NCBI GenBank assembly: GCA_030603365.1
Contig: JAUVXV010000001.1
Location: 192,001-256,000 of the forward strand
From: Candidatus Heimdallarchaeota archaeon
GTDB taxonomy: Archaea; Asgardarchaeota; Heimdallarchaeia; Heimdallarchaeales; Heimdallarchaeaceae
Direction of reading: 5' to 3'
Length of the DNA: 64,000 bases
Shown here: piece by piece, positions 38,766 through 48,023 of the stretch
Position numbering within the stretch: position 1 is the stretch's first letter
Layout: the number at the start of each line of letters is the position of its first letter
Program-made: the position numbers and the translations under genes
The notes under the pieces: generated by a model
Database searches by the model: none
What the model was told of the DNA's origin: nothing
What the model saw: only the letters and a program-made list of their open reading frames with translations

Positions 38766-41735
38766 ATGGACAATCTAGACTGCGTGTATCTGAAAACCCT
38801 TTCTTCAAAAGGTGGAGATAACCCTCTTTCAACAGTTCTTGTTGATGTAAATAAAGAACATTATATTGTAAACTTATGGTCTCCATGGCATGAGATTGGT
38901 GAGTTTCTCGCTCCTTATACCCCCTTAAAAATCTATAATGTCAATCAAATAACAGAGGATGATTCTACTTATTATTCTGCAGGTTCTAAATCAATAGTTG
39001 TAATTGATCCTGACATTCTACTTTATGCTACTTCCATAAACAGTGTTTCTTTCTGCCCTCGTAGTTATTATATCAATGAAATAATTGGTGAAACTTCTTC
39101 TCCATACATAGCAATAAGAGGTTCTATTGTTCATGATTGTCTTGGATTGGCAATAGCAAGTAAATCAAAACCTTCAGATATACTTCCTGAAGTGTTGGAT
39201 TCTTTTTCATTGCAGTATGAATATCATGGCTTCAAAAAAGAATCAGTTTATCAAGACGTTAGAAAAATGACCGAAAGTTTGGATTCTTTTGTTTCAACTC
39301 TAGGACCTAATTCTTTACCAGAGATGCTGTTCTTATCTCCTTTTTTTGGAATAAGAGGACGAATAGATCTCTTCAATGATGACCATATCTATGAACTGAA
39401 AACTGGAAAAGTATCTGAAGAACGAGATATTCGTTTTTCTGATCTCTTGCAGGTTGCATTGTATCGCTATGGTATTCAAGATAAAATAAGTGATGCAAAA
39501 CCACCAGATGGTACAGTAATATATGTGGGAACAAATGAAGCCGTATTCAAAACTGCGAGCCCAAATTGGGGATTACTACGTTATGGAATGGAACAAAGAA
39601 ATAAAGCCTATCGAATTTCTCATCTAGAATTTATTCCCCCAATTCTTCCTGAATCACAATTGAATAAATGTAGAAATTGTTTTGTTAAGCACTATTGTGC
39701 TCTCTTATGCTCTGGATTGAATCAAGAAAGACGATGTTCTACTTGCCCACATGATCAACTCTGTACTAAGAAATCTCTTCCTGATAATTTTCAAAATTTC
39801 TTTAATAAATTTTCCAAGTGGATAAGATACCAAAAAATTGAATCTTCTCGAAATATGACTGATTTATGGAAATTATCAGTTGAACAAAGAGTTGCGAAGG
39901 GAAAAGCTATACAGAATCTTAAACTTGAAAATAAAATACAAGATGGTATAACTACCAAACTACTCTTTTCATGTCAGAATGATAGCGAATTAAGAGAAGG
40001 AGATATAGTCGTTTTAAGTGATGGAAAACTAGTTCAGGGATTTGTCAGCACTGGAGTAATATCAAATGTTACAAATTCTTCCATTGAAATTGATACAAGA
40101 ACCATGCAAGGTTCAATTTCTGTGATAGACCAGTACTCTATTGATGTTGGCTATAGACGACAACAAAGAGGGTTATTCAATATTATATTCAAGAGAAATA
40201 ACTTCAGAGATTTAATAGTGAAGGAAGAAAAATCCATTGTTAAACCTGTACAAGGAAAATTTATTCCGACCAATCCTATACAAAATGAAGCGGTTAGCAA
40301 GATTCTCGGAACACAAAATTATAGTTTAATTCAAGGTCCAGCAGGAACTGGAAAAACATATGTTATTGCCAAAGCTGCAATTGAATTAGCTAAGCAAGGC
40401 GATAAGGTGCTTCTTACAGCCTTTACCAATAGAGCTGTTGACAATATCTGTAAATATCTATTAGAGAATCAATTTAAGAAATTCATAAGAGTGGGTTCTC
40501 TCCATTCAATACAACCTGAAATAAGAGATTATACGGTTAAAGCTTATAAAAAACAAAACCCTGAGAAATCAGCTAAGGAAATAATAGAAGAATTTTCAAT
40601 TATAGTCGCTACCACATCAACCATATCAAATCCAGTTTACGAAAGATTAGGAATACAAACCATAATAGTAGATGAAGCAAGTCAAATGACAGAACCTACA
40701 GTATTATCAGCTTTACTCGAAGGAAATAGATTCATTTTAGTGGGTGATCATAAACAACTTCCTCCAGTTGTTCAAAGTTCCAAAGCTCAAAAAGAAGGAA
40801 TGAGTATATCCTTATTTGAAAGATTAGCTGAAAAATCTCCTGCATCTGTTCATCTTCTCACACATCAATTTAGGATGAATGAAAAACTTGTAGAATTCTC
40901 TAACCAGCTTTTCTATGATAATAAACTAAAATCATTCGATGATTTGGTTAAGTTTCAAAATCTAATGGAATTAGCAAACTACACTGGAGACTATAGTAAC
41001 TTTAAGAATTCCTCAATTTACGACCCAAAGAGACCTTTGATTTATGTGCCTGTTACTGGCATTTTCAATCCAGAAAATAAAATTAATACTGAAGAGGTTA
41101 AAGCTTCCAGCGAAATAATCAATAAATTTATTGAATTAGGGATGAAAAGAGAACAAATTGGTGTTATCTGCCCATATAGAGGACAAGTAGGCGAACTTAG
41201 ACGCTCACTGCCTCCTAAAACTGTAGTTGATACTGTTGATCGGTTTCAAGGAAGCGATAGAGAATTGATAATATTATCTTTAACAGAAACCACATCAAGT
41301 AGTAATAGAGGATTTTCTGATGCAAGAAGATTGAATGTAGCAATAACTAGAGCTAAGAAAAAACTAGTTGTTGTTGGAGATTCACTAATTGATGAGAATG
41401 TGCTTGGGAAGTATATTGAGTATCTGAAAAACAATGCTGAAGTAATCTCAGAAAAAGAACCAAGGAAACCCTCCACTCCCAAAGAGACAACCATAATTGC
41501 AGAGAGTGTCTCAAAAATAGCAACATTCATGAAGAAAGTTATGATTAGGGGTCAGAAAACTGTGGATTCAAAGGATGATGCCTTGAAGTGTATGGTATGT
41601 TTTCAACCCGTGTATGAAAATGCAGTTGAATGCCCAGTTTGTGAGCATCTGTTTCACTTTGATCACCTCATTGCTTGGATTAAGGATAATGAAAGATGTC
41701 CTTATTGTAAAACTGTTCTCAGATTATTTGAATAA
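38766..41735 (+). CDS. Dna2-like Fe-S nuclease/SF1 helicase with C-terminal RING finger
   Basis: FCPR...CxxC-x5-C Fe-S ligands, GRID...ELKTG PD-(D/E)XK motif, GPAGTGKT, DEASQ, GDHKQLPP, TVDRFQG, RRLNVAITRAK; C-terminal CxxC...CPVC..FH..H..W...CPYC. ATG 38766 preferred over TTG 38709. Confidence 0.88.
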   Translation: MDNLDCVYLKTLSSKGGDNPLSTVLVDVNKEHYIVNLWSPWHEIGEFLAPYTPLKIYNVNQITEDDSTYYSAGSKSIVVIDPDILLYATSINSVSFCPRSYYINEIIGETSSPYIAIRGSIVHDCLGLAIASKSKPSDILPEVLDSFSLQYEYHGFKKESVYQDVRKMTESLDSFVSTLGPNSLPEMLFLSPFFGIRGRIDLFNDDHIYELKTGKVSEERDIRFSDLLQVALYRYGIQDKISDAKPPDGTVIYVGTNEAVFKTASPNWGLLRYGMEQRNKAYRISHLEFIPPILPESQLNKCRNCFVKHYCALLCSGLNQERRCSTCPHDQLCTKKSLPDNFQNFFNKFSKWIRYQKIESSRNMTDLWKLSVEQRVAKGKAIQNLKLENKIQDGITTKLLFSCQNDSELREGDIVVLSDGKLVQGFVSTGVISNVTNSSIEIDTRTMQGSISVIDQYSIDVGYRRQQRGLFNIIFKRNNFRDLIVKEEKSIVKPVQGKFIPTNPIQNEAVSKILGTQNYSLIQGPAGTGKTYVIAKAAIELAKQGDKVLLTAFTNRAVDNICKYLLENQFKKFIRVGSLHSIQPEIRDYTVKAYKKQNPEKSAKEIIEEFSIIVATTSTISNPVYERLGIQTIIVDEASQMTEPTVLSALLEGNRFILVGDHKQLPPVVQSSKAQKEGMSISLFERLAEKSPASVHLLTHQFRMNEKLVEFSNQLFYDNKLKSFDDLVKFQNLMELANYTGDYSNFKNSSIYDPKRPLIYVPVTGIFNPENKINTEEVKASSEIINKFIELGMKREQIGVICPYRGQVGELRRSLPPKTVVDTVDRFQGSDRELIILSLTETTSSSNRGFSDARRLNVAITRAKKKLVVVGDSLIDENVLGKYIEYLKNNAEVISEKEPRKPSTPKETTIIAESVSKIATFMKKVMIRGQKTVDSKDDALKCMVCFQPVYENAVECPVCEHLFHFDHLIAWIKDNERCPYCKTVLRLFE

Positions 41736-41803
41736 GATCTACTAGAATCTCATCTCTGTCTGTTTATTAAACAAAAAGAAAAAAAGGAAAAGAGTTAAAC
41801 TCT

Positions 41804-43594
41804 TTATTTTCTAAATCTTCTGAATGCTAGCAGTGAAGCAAGACCTAATAACGATAAGAAGATCAATCCTTCAATTCCAGCGCCTTTGCCGTATACATCG
41901 AAACCAGCTAATTCCATATATTCTAGAGCTAAGTCGATGTCGAAAGCATATGGATCAAGAGATTCATCAAAGGCAACTGCTACGTTTGGACAAGCAGTAA
42001 CACCAGGAGCGCCAAGTCCTTCAAGGATTTGAGCAACGATGATATCACGAGGAACTGCATGACTGATTGCTTTTCTGACATTTTTAGCAGCTTCAACAGT
42101 ACCCTCTGGTGTTAATTCACCAGTACCAAAGACGGGATGTCTCAAGTTCATGGCCATTTCTTGATGAGATGGGTCACTGACTAGAATACCTTCTACACCA
42201 GCTGGAGTGAAATCAGCTATTTGTGGGAAGTATTGTCCATCAACTATGTCGATATTCCCAGAAATCAATTCAGATACAGCAGTATCCTTACCAGAGATGT
42301 AGGTTAGATACCATTCATCAAGTAGAGGAGCTACGTAACCATCCAGATTTGCATATTCTACGTTTGGTACTAATTTAACTGTACTACTAACAGAATCAAA
42401 TGATTCCATTATCATAGGACCACAGGACATAACTAACCCATCACCAACGTTTCCAGTTAATGGTACTTCATTGAAAATGTCGTATCCAAATGAGCTAATC
42501 AATGGTTCAACAGTGCTTTTGTCGATAATTGAGAATGAGATTGTTCCTAATGCAAAAGCATTGACGTCAGTCATGTTGAAAGCAACTGTGTCTGTATCAA
42601 CAGCCCAAACTGAAGCGTTTGTTGCGAACCAGGTGTTATAGTAACTGTAATCGCCTGAACCTACAGCTGGAGTCATAAATAGTTGCATTGAGTATACTAT
42701 ATCTTCTGCTAGAACTGCTTCTCCATTACTAAATGTAGCACCAGCGTTAATATCAACAGTCATACTCTTTAGATCTGGACTGAAAACAGGTAGAGCTGCT
42801 GCAATCTGTGGTTCCCACACATTAGTGTCTTGTGCTCTTTGGTATAATGCACCATAAACTCCTCCCATCCATAAACCATCATAGAAGGATGCATAGATAA
42901 ATACATTCCATTCTGCAAGATTTGCTGGAATAGCGTATTTGATGATATGATCTGCTGGGTCATCCCAGAATTCATATCGAGCACTACCTGCACCTAACAA
43001 GAGTCCGTCAATACCAATTAATCCTTCTTTCATACCAAAGAGTGATTTTGGATAGACAAGGACAATGTCTGGTAAATCCTCGTAAAGTATTGCTTGCATC
43101 TGTTGTCCGTAAACAATCTGAGCTGCTTGATCTAATTCAGTTAGATAGCTTGTTAGCAAATCGTCATACACTGGGTTGATGTATTGGTAGAAGTTATCAC
43201 CATAAGGTACTAAACTTGCTGAGTCAAATAGACCAGTTGGATCCCAATCAAGACCCCAAGACCAACCGACAAAGAGAATATCGTATCCTCCTTCTGCGTA
43301 AGTTGGGATGTAATCGAAGTCATGCAACGGATAATACCAGGTACGAGGACCAATGTTTCCCCATCCGGTAGATTCATGGAAGTCTACACCAATACCAATT
43401 TTTGGTAATTGATTTTCCATAAGTAATGACCATTGATTTCTGGCTGCGCTTGTATTTGGTGATAGTAAGTTTACTGAGAAAACTTCTACAACCTCTTCAT
43501 CTTGAGCATTTACTTGCCCAATGAATACTGACAATGCAAACAGAAAAAGTAGGCCATAGCCTAAAATTACTTTTTTCTTCATTATTTTATTCAC
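41804..43594 (-). CDS. ABC transporter substrate-binding protein (peptide/nickel family 5) with C-terminal membrane anchor
   Basis: Signal peptide; FSNGEAVLAEDIVYS, L-SGNIDI, VRKAISHAVPR; C-terminal TM + RRFRK. Confidence 0.88.
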   Translation of the reverse strand: MNKIMKKKVILGYGLLFLFALSVFIGQVNAQDEEVVEVFSVNLLSPNTSAARNQWSLLMENQLPKIGIGVDFHESTGWGNIGPRTWYYPLHDFDYIPTYAEGGYDILFVGWSWGLDWDPTGLFDSASLVPYGDNFYQYINPVYDDLLTSYLTELDQAAQIVYGQQMQAILYEDLPDIVLVYPKSLFGMKEGLIGIDGLLLGAGSARYEFWDDPADHIIKYAIPANLAEWNVFIYASFYDGLWMGGVYGALYQRAQDTNVWEPQIAAALPVFSPDLKSMTVDINAGATFSNGEAVLAEDIVYSMQLFMTPAVGSGDYSYYNTWFATNASVWAVDTDTVAFNMTDVNAFALGTISFSIIDKSTVEPLISSFGYDIFNEVPLTGNVGDGLVMSCGPMIMESFDSVSSTVKLVPNVEYANLDGYVAPLLDEWYLTYISGKDTAVSELISGNIDIVDGQYFPQIADFTPAGVEGILVSDPSHQEMAMNLRHPVFGTGELTPEGTVEAAKNVRKAISHAVPRDIIVAQILEGLGAPGVTACPNVAVAFDESLDPYAFDIDLALEYMELAGFDVYGKGAGIEGLIFLSLLGLASLLAFRRFRK

Positions 43595-43681
43595 CTTTTC
43601 AAAATTCCACCTTTATGTTTATCATGTTAGTGGAAGCAAGAAAAAAGTGTTATCACATGTTAATAAGTGTTTTGTGTTATG

Positions 43682-43772
43682 ATTTCAATAATTAGGAGCG
43701 TTTTTTCATTCTAATAATTGGATTAGATTCTTTTCGTTTTTTGTGAATTTTTCTCATTCTAATAATTAATAC
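43682..43772. promoter_or_regulatory. Three copies of an ATTCTAATAATT-core palindromic operator upstream of the SBP promoter
   Basis: ATTTCAATAATTAGGAG (43682), ATTCTAATAATTGGATT (43708), ATTCTAATAATT (43756). Confidence 0.55.
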
Positions 43773-43815
43773 GTTATTTCGAACAACTGGACTTGTATAA
43801 AATAGAAGATTCAGT

Positions 43816-44277
43816 CTATCCAAAGTAAACAGCAAGCCTCAAAATTCCAAACAAAAACAATCCATAAAACAGCAAAAACATTCCTCCAAAATAGTAAGTA
43901 AAGGCATTAAAAGTAGCTTCTCTAAAGCTATCTCTTGACAACGGATCTGAGCCAATAAATCTTTCTTTAAGATTTGATATAAAGACGGATTGACCAAAAT
44001 TACCGAAACAAGCTCCTATGAAAATAACTAAACCTGCTTCCCCAAATATCACATACTGCAGGAAATCTAAGATAAAAAGTGTTTCAGTTCCATAGCCGAA
44101 ATAGAAAATCAAAAACAAGATGATATCAATAACAATGAAGATAATCGAAGATAGAAACCCCAGTAACATTATTTTTACCCAGTTTACTTTAATTTTTTGG
44201 GTTGTGTTATCTTTGTTCTCCCCCTGCTCTATCTCATCAACCTCTTTTTCAAGCCAAGGTTTCTTCTTCTGACTCAT
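43816..44277 (-). CDS. Membrane protein (3 TM)
   Basis: Hydrophobic helices; translationally coupled to the upstream ABC ATPase. Confidence 0.72.
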   Translation of the reverse strand: MSQKKKPWLEKEVDEIEQGENKDNTTQKIKVNWVKIMLLGFLSSIIFIVIDIILFLIFYFGYGTETLFILDFLQYVIFGEAGLVIFIGACFGNFGQSVFISNLKERFIGSDPLSRDSFREATFNAFTYYFGGMFLLFYGLFLFGILRLAVYFG

Positions 44278-45323
44278 TTTGTGCCCTTTTTGTTTGTTAT
44301 CGTTTCAGAGCAATATGGGCAGAATTTTGCAGTATGACTAACCAATTTACCACACATTGCACATGTAATAATCTCTTGCCCATTATTATTGTAAAGGTTT
44401 GGGTCAAAGACAGGAGTAAGAATAACATCACTACCTTTTACTGATATGGTGAAATGCTTTGGGTCATTAACTTCGCTTAAGATTGATTTTGGTAAAGCTA
44501 ACCTATTTTGTCTGTCTACTTCTAACAATCTGCTCTCTTCAAGATTCCTTAGAACAATCTCTTTTCCATGTCTTCCAATTATAATTCCATCTCGTAATTC
44601 AAGAATTCTATCAGCTCTTGACGCTACTTGTTGAGAATGTGTAACGATGCAAATTGCTATCCCAAGTTCTTTGTTTATTCTATCAAACAAATCAAGTATG
44701 CTTTCAGCTGTAACAACATCCAAGTCTCCTGTTGGTTCATCCCCAATTAGAATTCTAGGATTGGTTATTAAAGTGGTTGCTATTGCAGCACGTTTTTTTT
44801 CTCCCCCTGACAAAGTGTCTTCCCTCTTATCTTTTTTGTCCCAAATATTCAAAAACCTCAACAGAAATTCAGAACGTTTTTTTATGACTTTAGGATTAAT
44901 TCCTGCATAATGTCCTGCGAGTTCAATGTTTTCTTTAACTGTTAAGTGCGATAATAATCTACTATCTTGAAATATAACTCCAGCAAAAGATCTTCTTGCT
45001 TTGATTATTTCTTCAAGTGAAGATTTTGTAATATCTTTGGAAAGATCTTTCCAGAATACTTTACCTGAAGTGGGTTTTATTATACCTGCAATTGTATTAA
45101 CCAAAGTGGTTTTTCCAGAACCACTATGTCCTATTAGAAAAACTTTCTCCCTAGGATTTACTTTGAATGACACACCTCTTAGTGCTTGTGTTTCAATCTT
45201 ACCTGTTTGATAGATTTTGATAATATCCTCTGCTACTAATAATGGTATTTTTTTATCATTTTCATGATCAACTAAATTTTCTTGAGGAATCATGGAGCTA
45301 GTTGCCATTCTTAACAACATCAA
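44274..45323 (-). CDS. LolD/MacB-type ABC ATPase with C-terminal AbrB-like and zinc-ribbon domains
   Basis: GHSGSGKTT, LSGGE, DEPTGDLD, VTH; VDRQNRLALPK (AbrB-like); CAMCG...FCPYC. Confidence 0.88.
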   Translation of the reverse strand: MMLLRMATSSMIPQENLVDHENDKKIPLLVAEDIIKIYQTGKIETQALRGVSFKVNPREKVFLIGHSGSGKTTLVNTIAGIIKPTSGKVFWKDLSKDITKSSLEEIIKARRSFAGVIFQDSRLLSHLTVKENIELAGHYAGINPKVIKKRSEFLLRFLNIWDKKDKREDTLSGGEKKRAAIATTLITNPRILIGDEPTGDLDVVTAESILDLFDRINKELGIAICIVTHSQQVASRADRILELRDGIIIGRHGKEIVLRNLEESRLLEVDRQNRLALPKSILSEVNDPKHFTISVKGSDVILTPVFDPNLYNNNGQEIITCAMCGKLVSHTAKFCPYCSETITNKKGTK

Positions 45324-45463
45324 CTGGCTTTGAACACTAATAAGATTGTTTATCCACTCAAAAATTTAATACAGAATCTAAAGAGCTCTAATATTATTTG
45401 ATATTCTATAGAAAAATGAAAAATATAGAAGGAATTTTTCATCCTTCAATCTGAACTCTAATC

Positions 45464-46444
45464 TCATCTTAAATCTGGTTCTTTTCGTGATTCAATGAAT
45501 CCACTAACCCATTTATATGCAAAATTCTTGTTTTTCCATACATTATCAAGATTACCAATTAAAAGGATTATCAAATAAACTACAAAGAATGGAATTAGAT
45601 ACAATAACCATAGTGTCACTGCTATACCAATTGGATGATACTGACCTGGATGTGCCTTGCCTCCTTCGGTTTTGTATTGCGTTCCATAGAGTATAAATTC
45701 ATTCATAGTTCTATCCACAAACAATGAATAAAACAGACTCGTAAAATCCAAAGTGATATTGCCAGTCATTAAAGCCATTTCTACGCCTATTATTAAGCAG
45801 CTGATAGAAATGACAGTTAAGAATTTCTTTACACTGGGAAGATATTTAGTCTTCTTGATTTTCTTAAACATGATGAAATTATATGTGCCTGTAAAAACCG
45901 CTCCCAAAATGATTGGCATCATTACTAACCAAATATAGGTCTTTGTTAATTTAGGTCGAGCTGGATTTATCAATTCTTGTCCCCAAACATTGTCGTCACT
46001 AAAGAATCGTTGTAACTCGTTGAAGTCATTCTCTTCTACAGGTAAACCTCCATTTCTGAAATAACCACTATCTGTTAGTAAGAACAACCCCCATCCTAGT
46101 ATCAATACTATCATCGGAGCAAAAAACCATACAAGAAACGGTTTGGCTATGAATCTTATAGAAGAATCTTGACCACTATTCAAACCATATGTTAGAAAAA
46201 CATCAATCCAGTAGCCTGGTCCTTCAAAGAATTTTCCTCCTCTCATAGTATTTGTTATACCCATGATAAGAAAACTGATGAACCATGTGCTAAGCAGGTA
46301 AATACCAAAAGGAGAATGTACTTTTTTACCTACATATTTTCCTGTAGCAATTGACCAATCCTTCCAAACTTCTTTTTGTGTTCGAGGACCCAATTCTGTT
46401 GAACTTAATGCACCTTCATTGGATTCAGATTTATTAGATGCCAT
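45464..46444 (-). CDS. Multi-pass membrane protein of unknown function
   Basis: About 5 TM segments. Confidence 0.72.
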   Translation of the reverse strand: MASNKSESNEGALSSTELGPRTQKEVWKDWSIATGKYVGKKVHSPFGIYLLSTWFISFLIMGITNTMRGGKFFEGPGYWIDVFLTYGLNSGQDSSIRFIAKPFLVWFFAPMIVLILGWGLFLLTDSGYFRNGGLPVEENDFNELQRFFSDDNVWGQELINPARPKLTKTYIWLVMMPIILGAVFTGTYNFIMFKKIKKTKYLPSVKKFLTVISISCLIIGVEMALMTGNITLDFTSLFYSLFVDRTMNEFILYGTQYKTEGGKAHPGQYHPIGIAVTLWLLYLIPFFVVYLIILLIGNLDNVWKNKNFAYKWVSGFIESRKEPDLR

Positions 46445-46585
46445 AACAATTTCATTTTGCTGATTACAATAAACATTTTAAACCTTTTCTCTCCATGATG
46501 AAGAAATTACGTTAAAAGAAATGCTTCAACCAAAATGCTTTAAGTGTGTTAATTTTTGATGAATTTAGCGCTTTGAGGACTAATT

Positions 46586-48019
46586 ATGACAGAAGAACAC
46601 ACTTTGACGCTCACTAGCTGTGGTATAGATGTTGGTACAACCACTTCCCATCTTATATTTTCAAAGTTAAAACTCGAGAAGGTATTCACACAAAGAGGAG
46701 TTAAGTTTGAAGTAACTGAACGAGAGATTCTATACAGAAGCCGAATAATGCTAACTCCACTAATAGATGGCTTAAACATTGATTATCTTAAACTCGTTGA
46801 ATTTATTAAGAACGAATATCAAAATGCAAATGTCTCAATTGACGATATAGATACTGGTGCAGTCATTATTACTGGGGAAAGCGCAAAAAAAGAAAATGCT
46901 GAAGAATTAGTAAAATCACTTGCTCACAAAGCAGGAAAATTTGTCTGTGCAGCTGCTGGTCCTAATTTTGAATCTGTTATTGCAGCAATGGGTTCTGGAG
47001 CAGCTCTTTACTCAAAAGAATCAAAAAAGACTGTAATTAACATTGACATAGGTGGTGGTACTTCTAATATCGCCATTGCTAAAGATGGTGAGATAGTAGA
47101 TGCTGCTTGTGTTAATGTAGGTGGCAGGTTATTGGCTTTTGATGATGAAAATAAAATCATAAGAATTGAAGCTCCTATAAAGAACTTAGAGAAGAAAATT
47201 GGTGTTACACTAGATTATGATATGTCCGTCACAGAAGATCAAAAGAAAGCAATGGCTAAAATTCTTGCAGATAGTTTATTTGAAGTCCTAAATCAGAAAA
47301 TCGAAACTGAGATCGCACAAAATTTGTTGATGACCAATCCAATTGAATTTGATGGTGTAATTGACGAAATGATTTTTTCTGGAGGAGTCGCGGAATATAT
47401 TTACAATAAAACTGATGCTGAATTTGGAGATTTAGGCAAATATCTAGGAGAAGAAATCAGAAAAATAGTGACTGAACAAGGTATAAAGCTACATGAACCT
47501 CAAGAATTAATACGAGCTACTGTAATTGGTGCGGGTCAATATACACTTCAAGTATCAGGTGTAACTACACATATTTCTGATTCAGAGATTCTTCCAATTC
47601 ATAATATACCCGTTTTAGAACCAAAACTAGATACTAGGGATATCACCGTTGAAAATGTTCGTAAAGCAATTCTGAAGAATTTTAATCTGTTTGATGTTAT
47701 TGAAGGAGAACAAACCGTAGCTCTTTCTTTCAAAGGTGCTATAGGTGGTTCGTATGCTGGATTAACAACATTTGTTAAAGGTGTTGTAAGTGCAATTCCA
47801 AAAACAATAGAAAAGAAAATGCCAATAATTATGGTTTTTGACAGAGATATAGGAAATTCTGTAGGAAATGTTATGAAAAGAGAAACCGATGCAAAAGAAA
47901 ACATCATCTCAATTGATGAAATTAGTGTTCAAGAAGGAGATTTCATTGATGTAGATAAACCGAAAGCAGGGGGACAAGTAGTCCCTGTTGTTGTGAAATC
48001 TCTTGTCTTTTCTAACTAG
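46586..48019 (+). CDS. eutA: Ethanolamine ammonia-lyase reactivating factor EutA
   Basis: GIDVGTTT, TGAVIITGE, AGKFVCAAAGP, NIDIGGGT, IRATVIGAG, VPVVVKSLVF. Confidence 0.92.
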   Translation: MTEEHTLTLTSCGIDVGTTTSHLIFSKLKLEKVFTQRGVKFEVTEREILYRSRIMLTPLIDGLNIDYLKLVEFIKNEYQNANVSIDDIDTGAVIITGESAKKENAEELVKSLAHKAGKFVCAAAGPNFESVIAAMGSGAALYSKESKKTVINIDIGGGTSNIAIAKDGEIVDAACVNVGGRLLAFDDENKIIRIEAPIKNLEKKIGVTLDYDMSVTEDQKKAMAKILADSLFEVLNQKIETEIAQNLLMTNPIEFDGVIDEMIFSGGVAEYIYNKTDAEFGDLGKYLGEEIRKIVTEQGIKLHEPQELIRATVIGAGQYTLQVSGVTTHISDSEILPIHNIPVLEPKLDTRDITVENVRKAILKNFNLFDVIEGEQTVALSFKGAIGGSYAGLTTFVKGVVSAIPKTIEKKMPIIMVFDRDIGNSVGNVMKRETDAKENIISIDEISVQEGDFIDVDKPKAGGQVVPVVVKSLVFSN

Positions 48020-48023
48020 ATAT

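Noticed and set aside
39000-39700. Cas4-like nuclease motifs as evidence of a CRISPR-Cas locus
   Set aside because: The domain is the nuclease half of a Dna2-like fusion; no array or cas1/cas2 present
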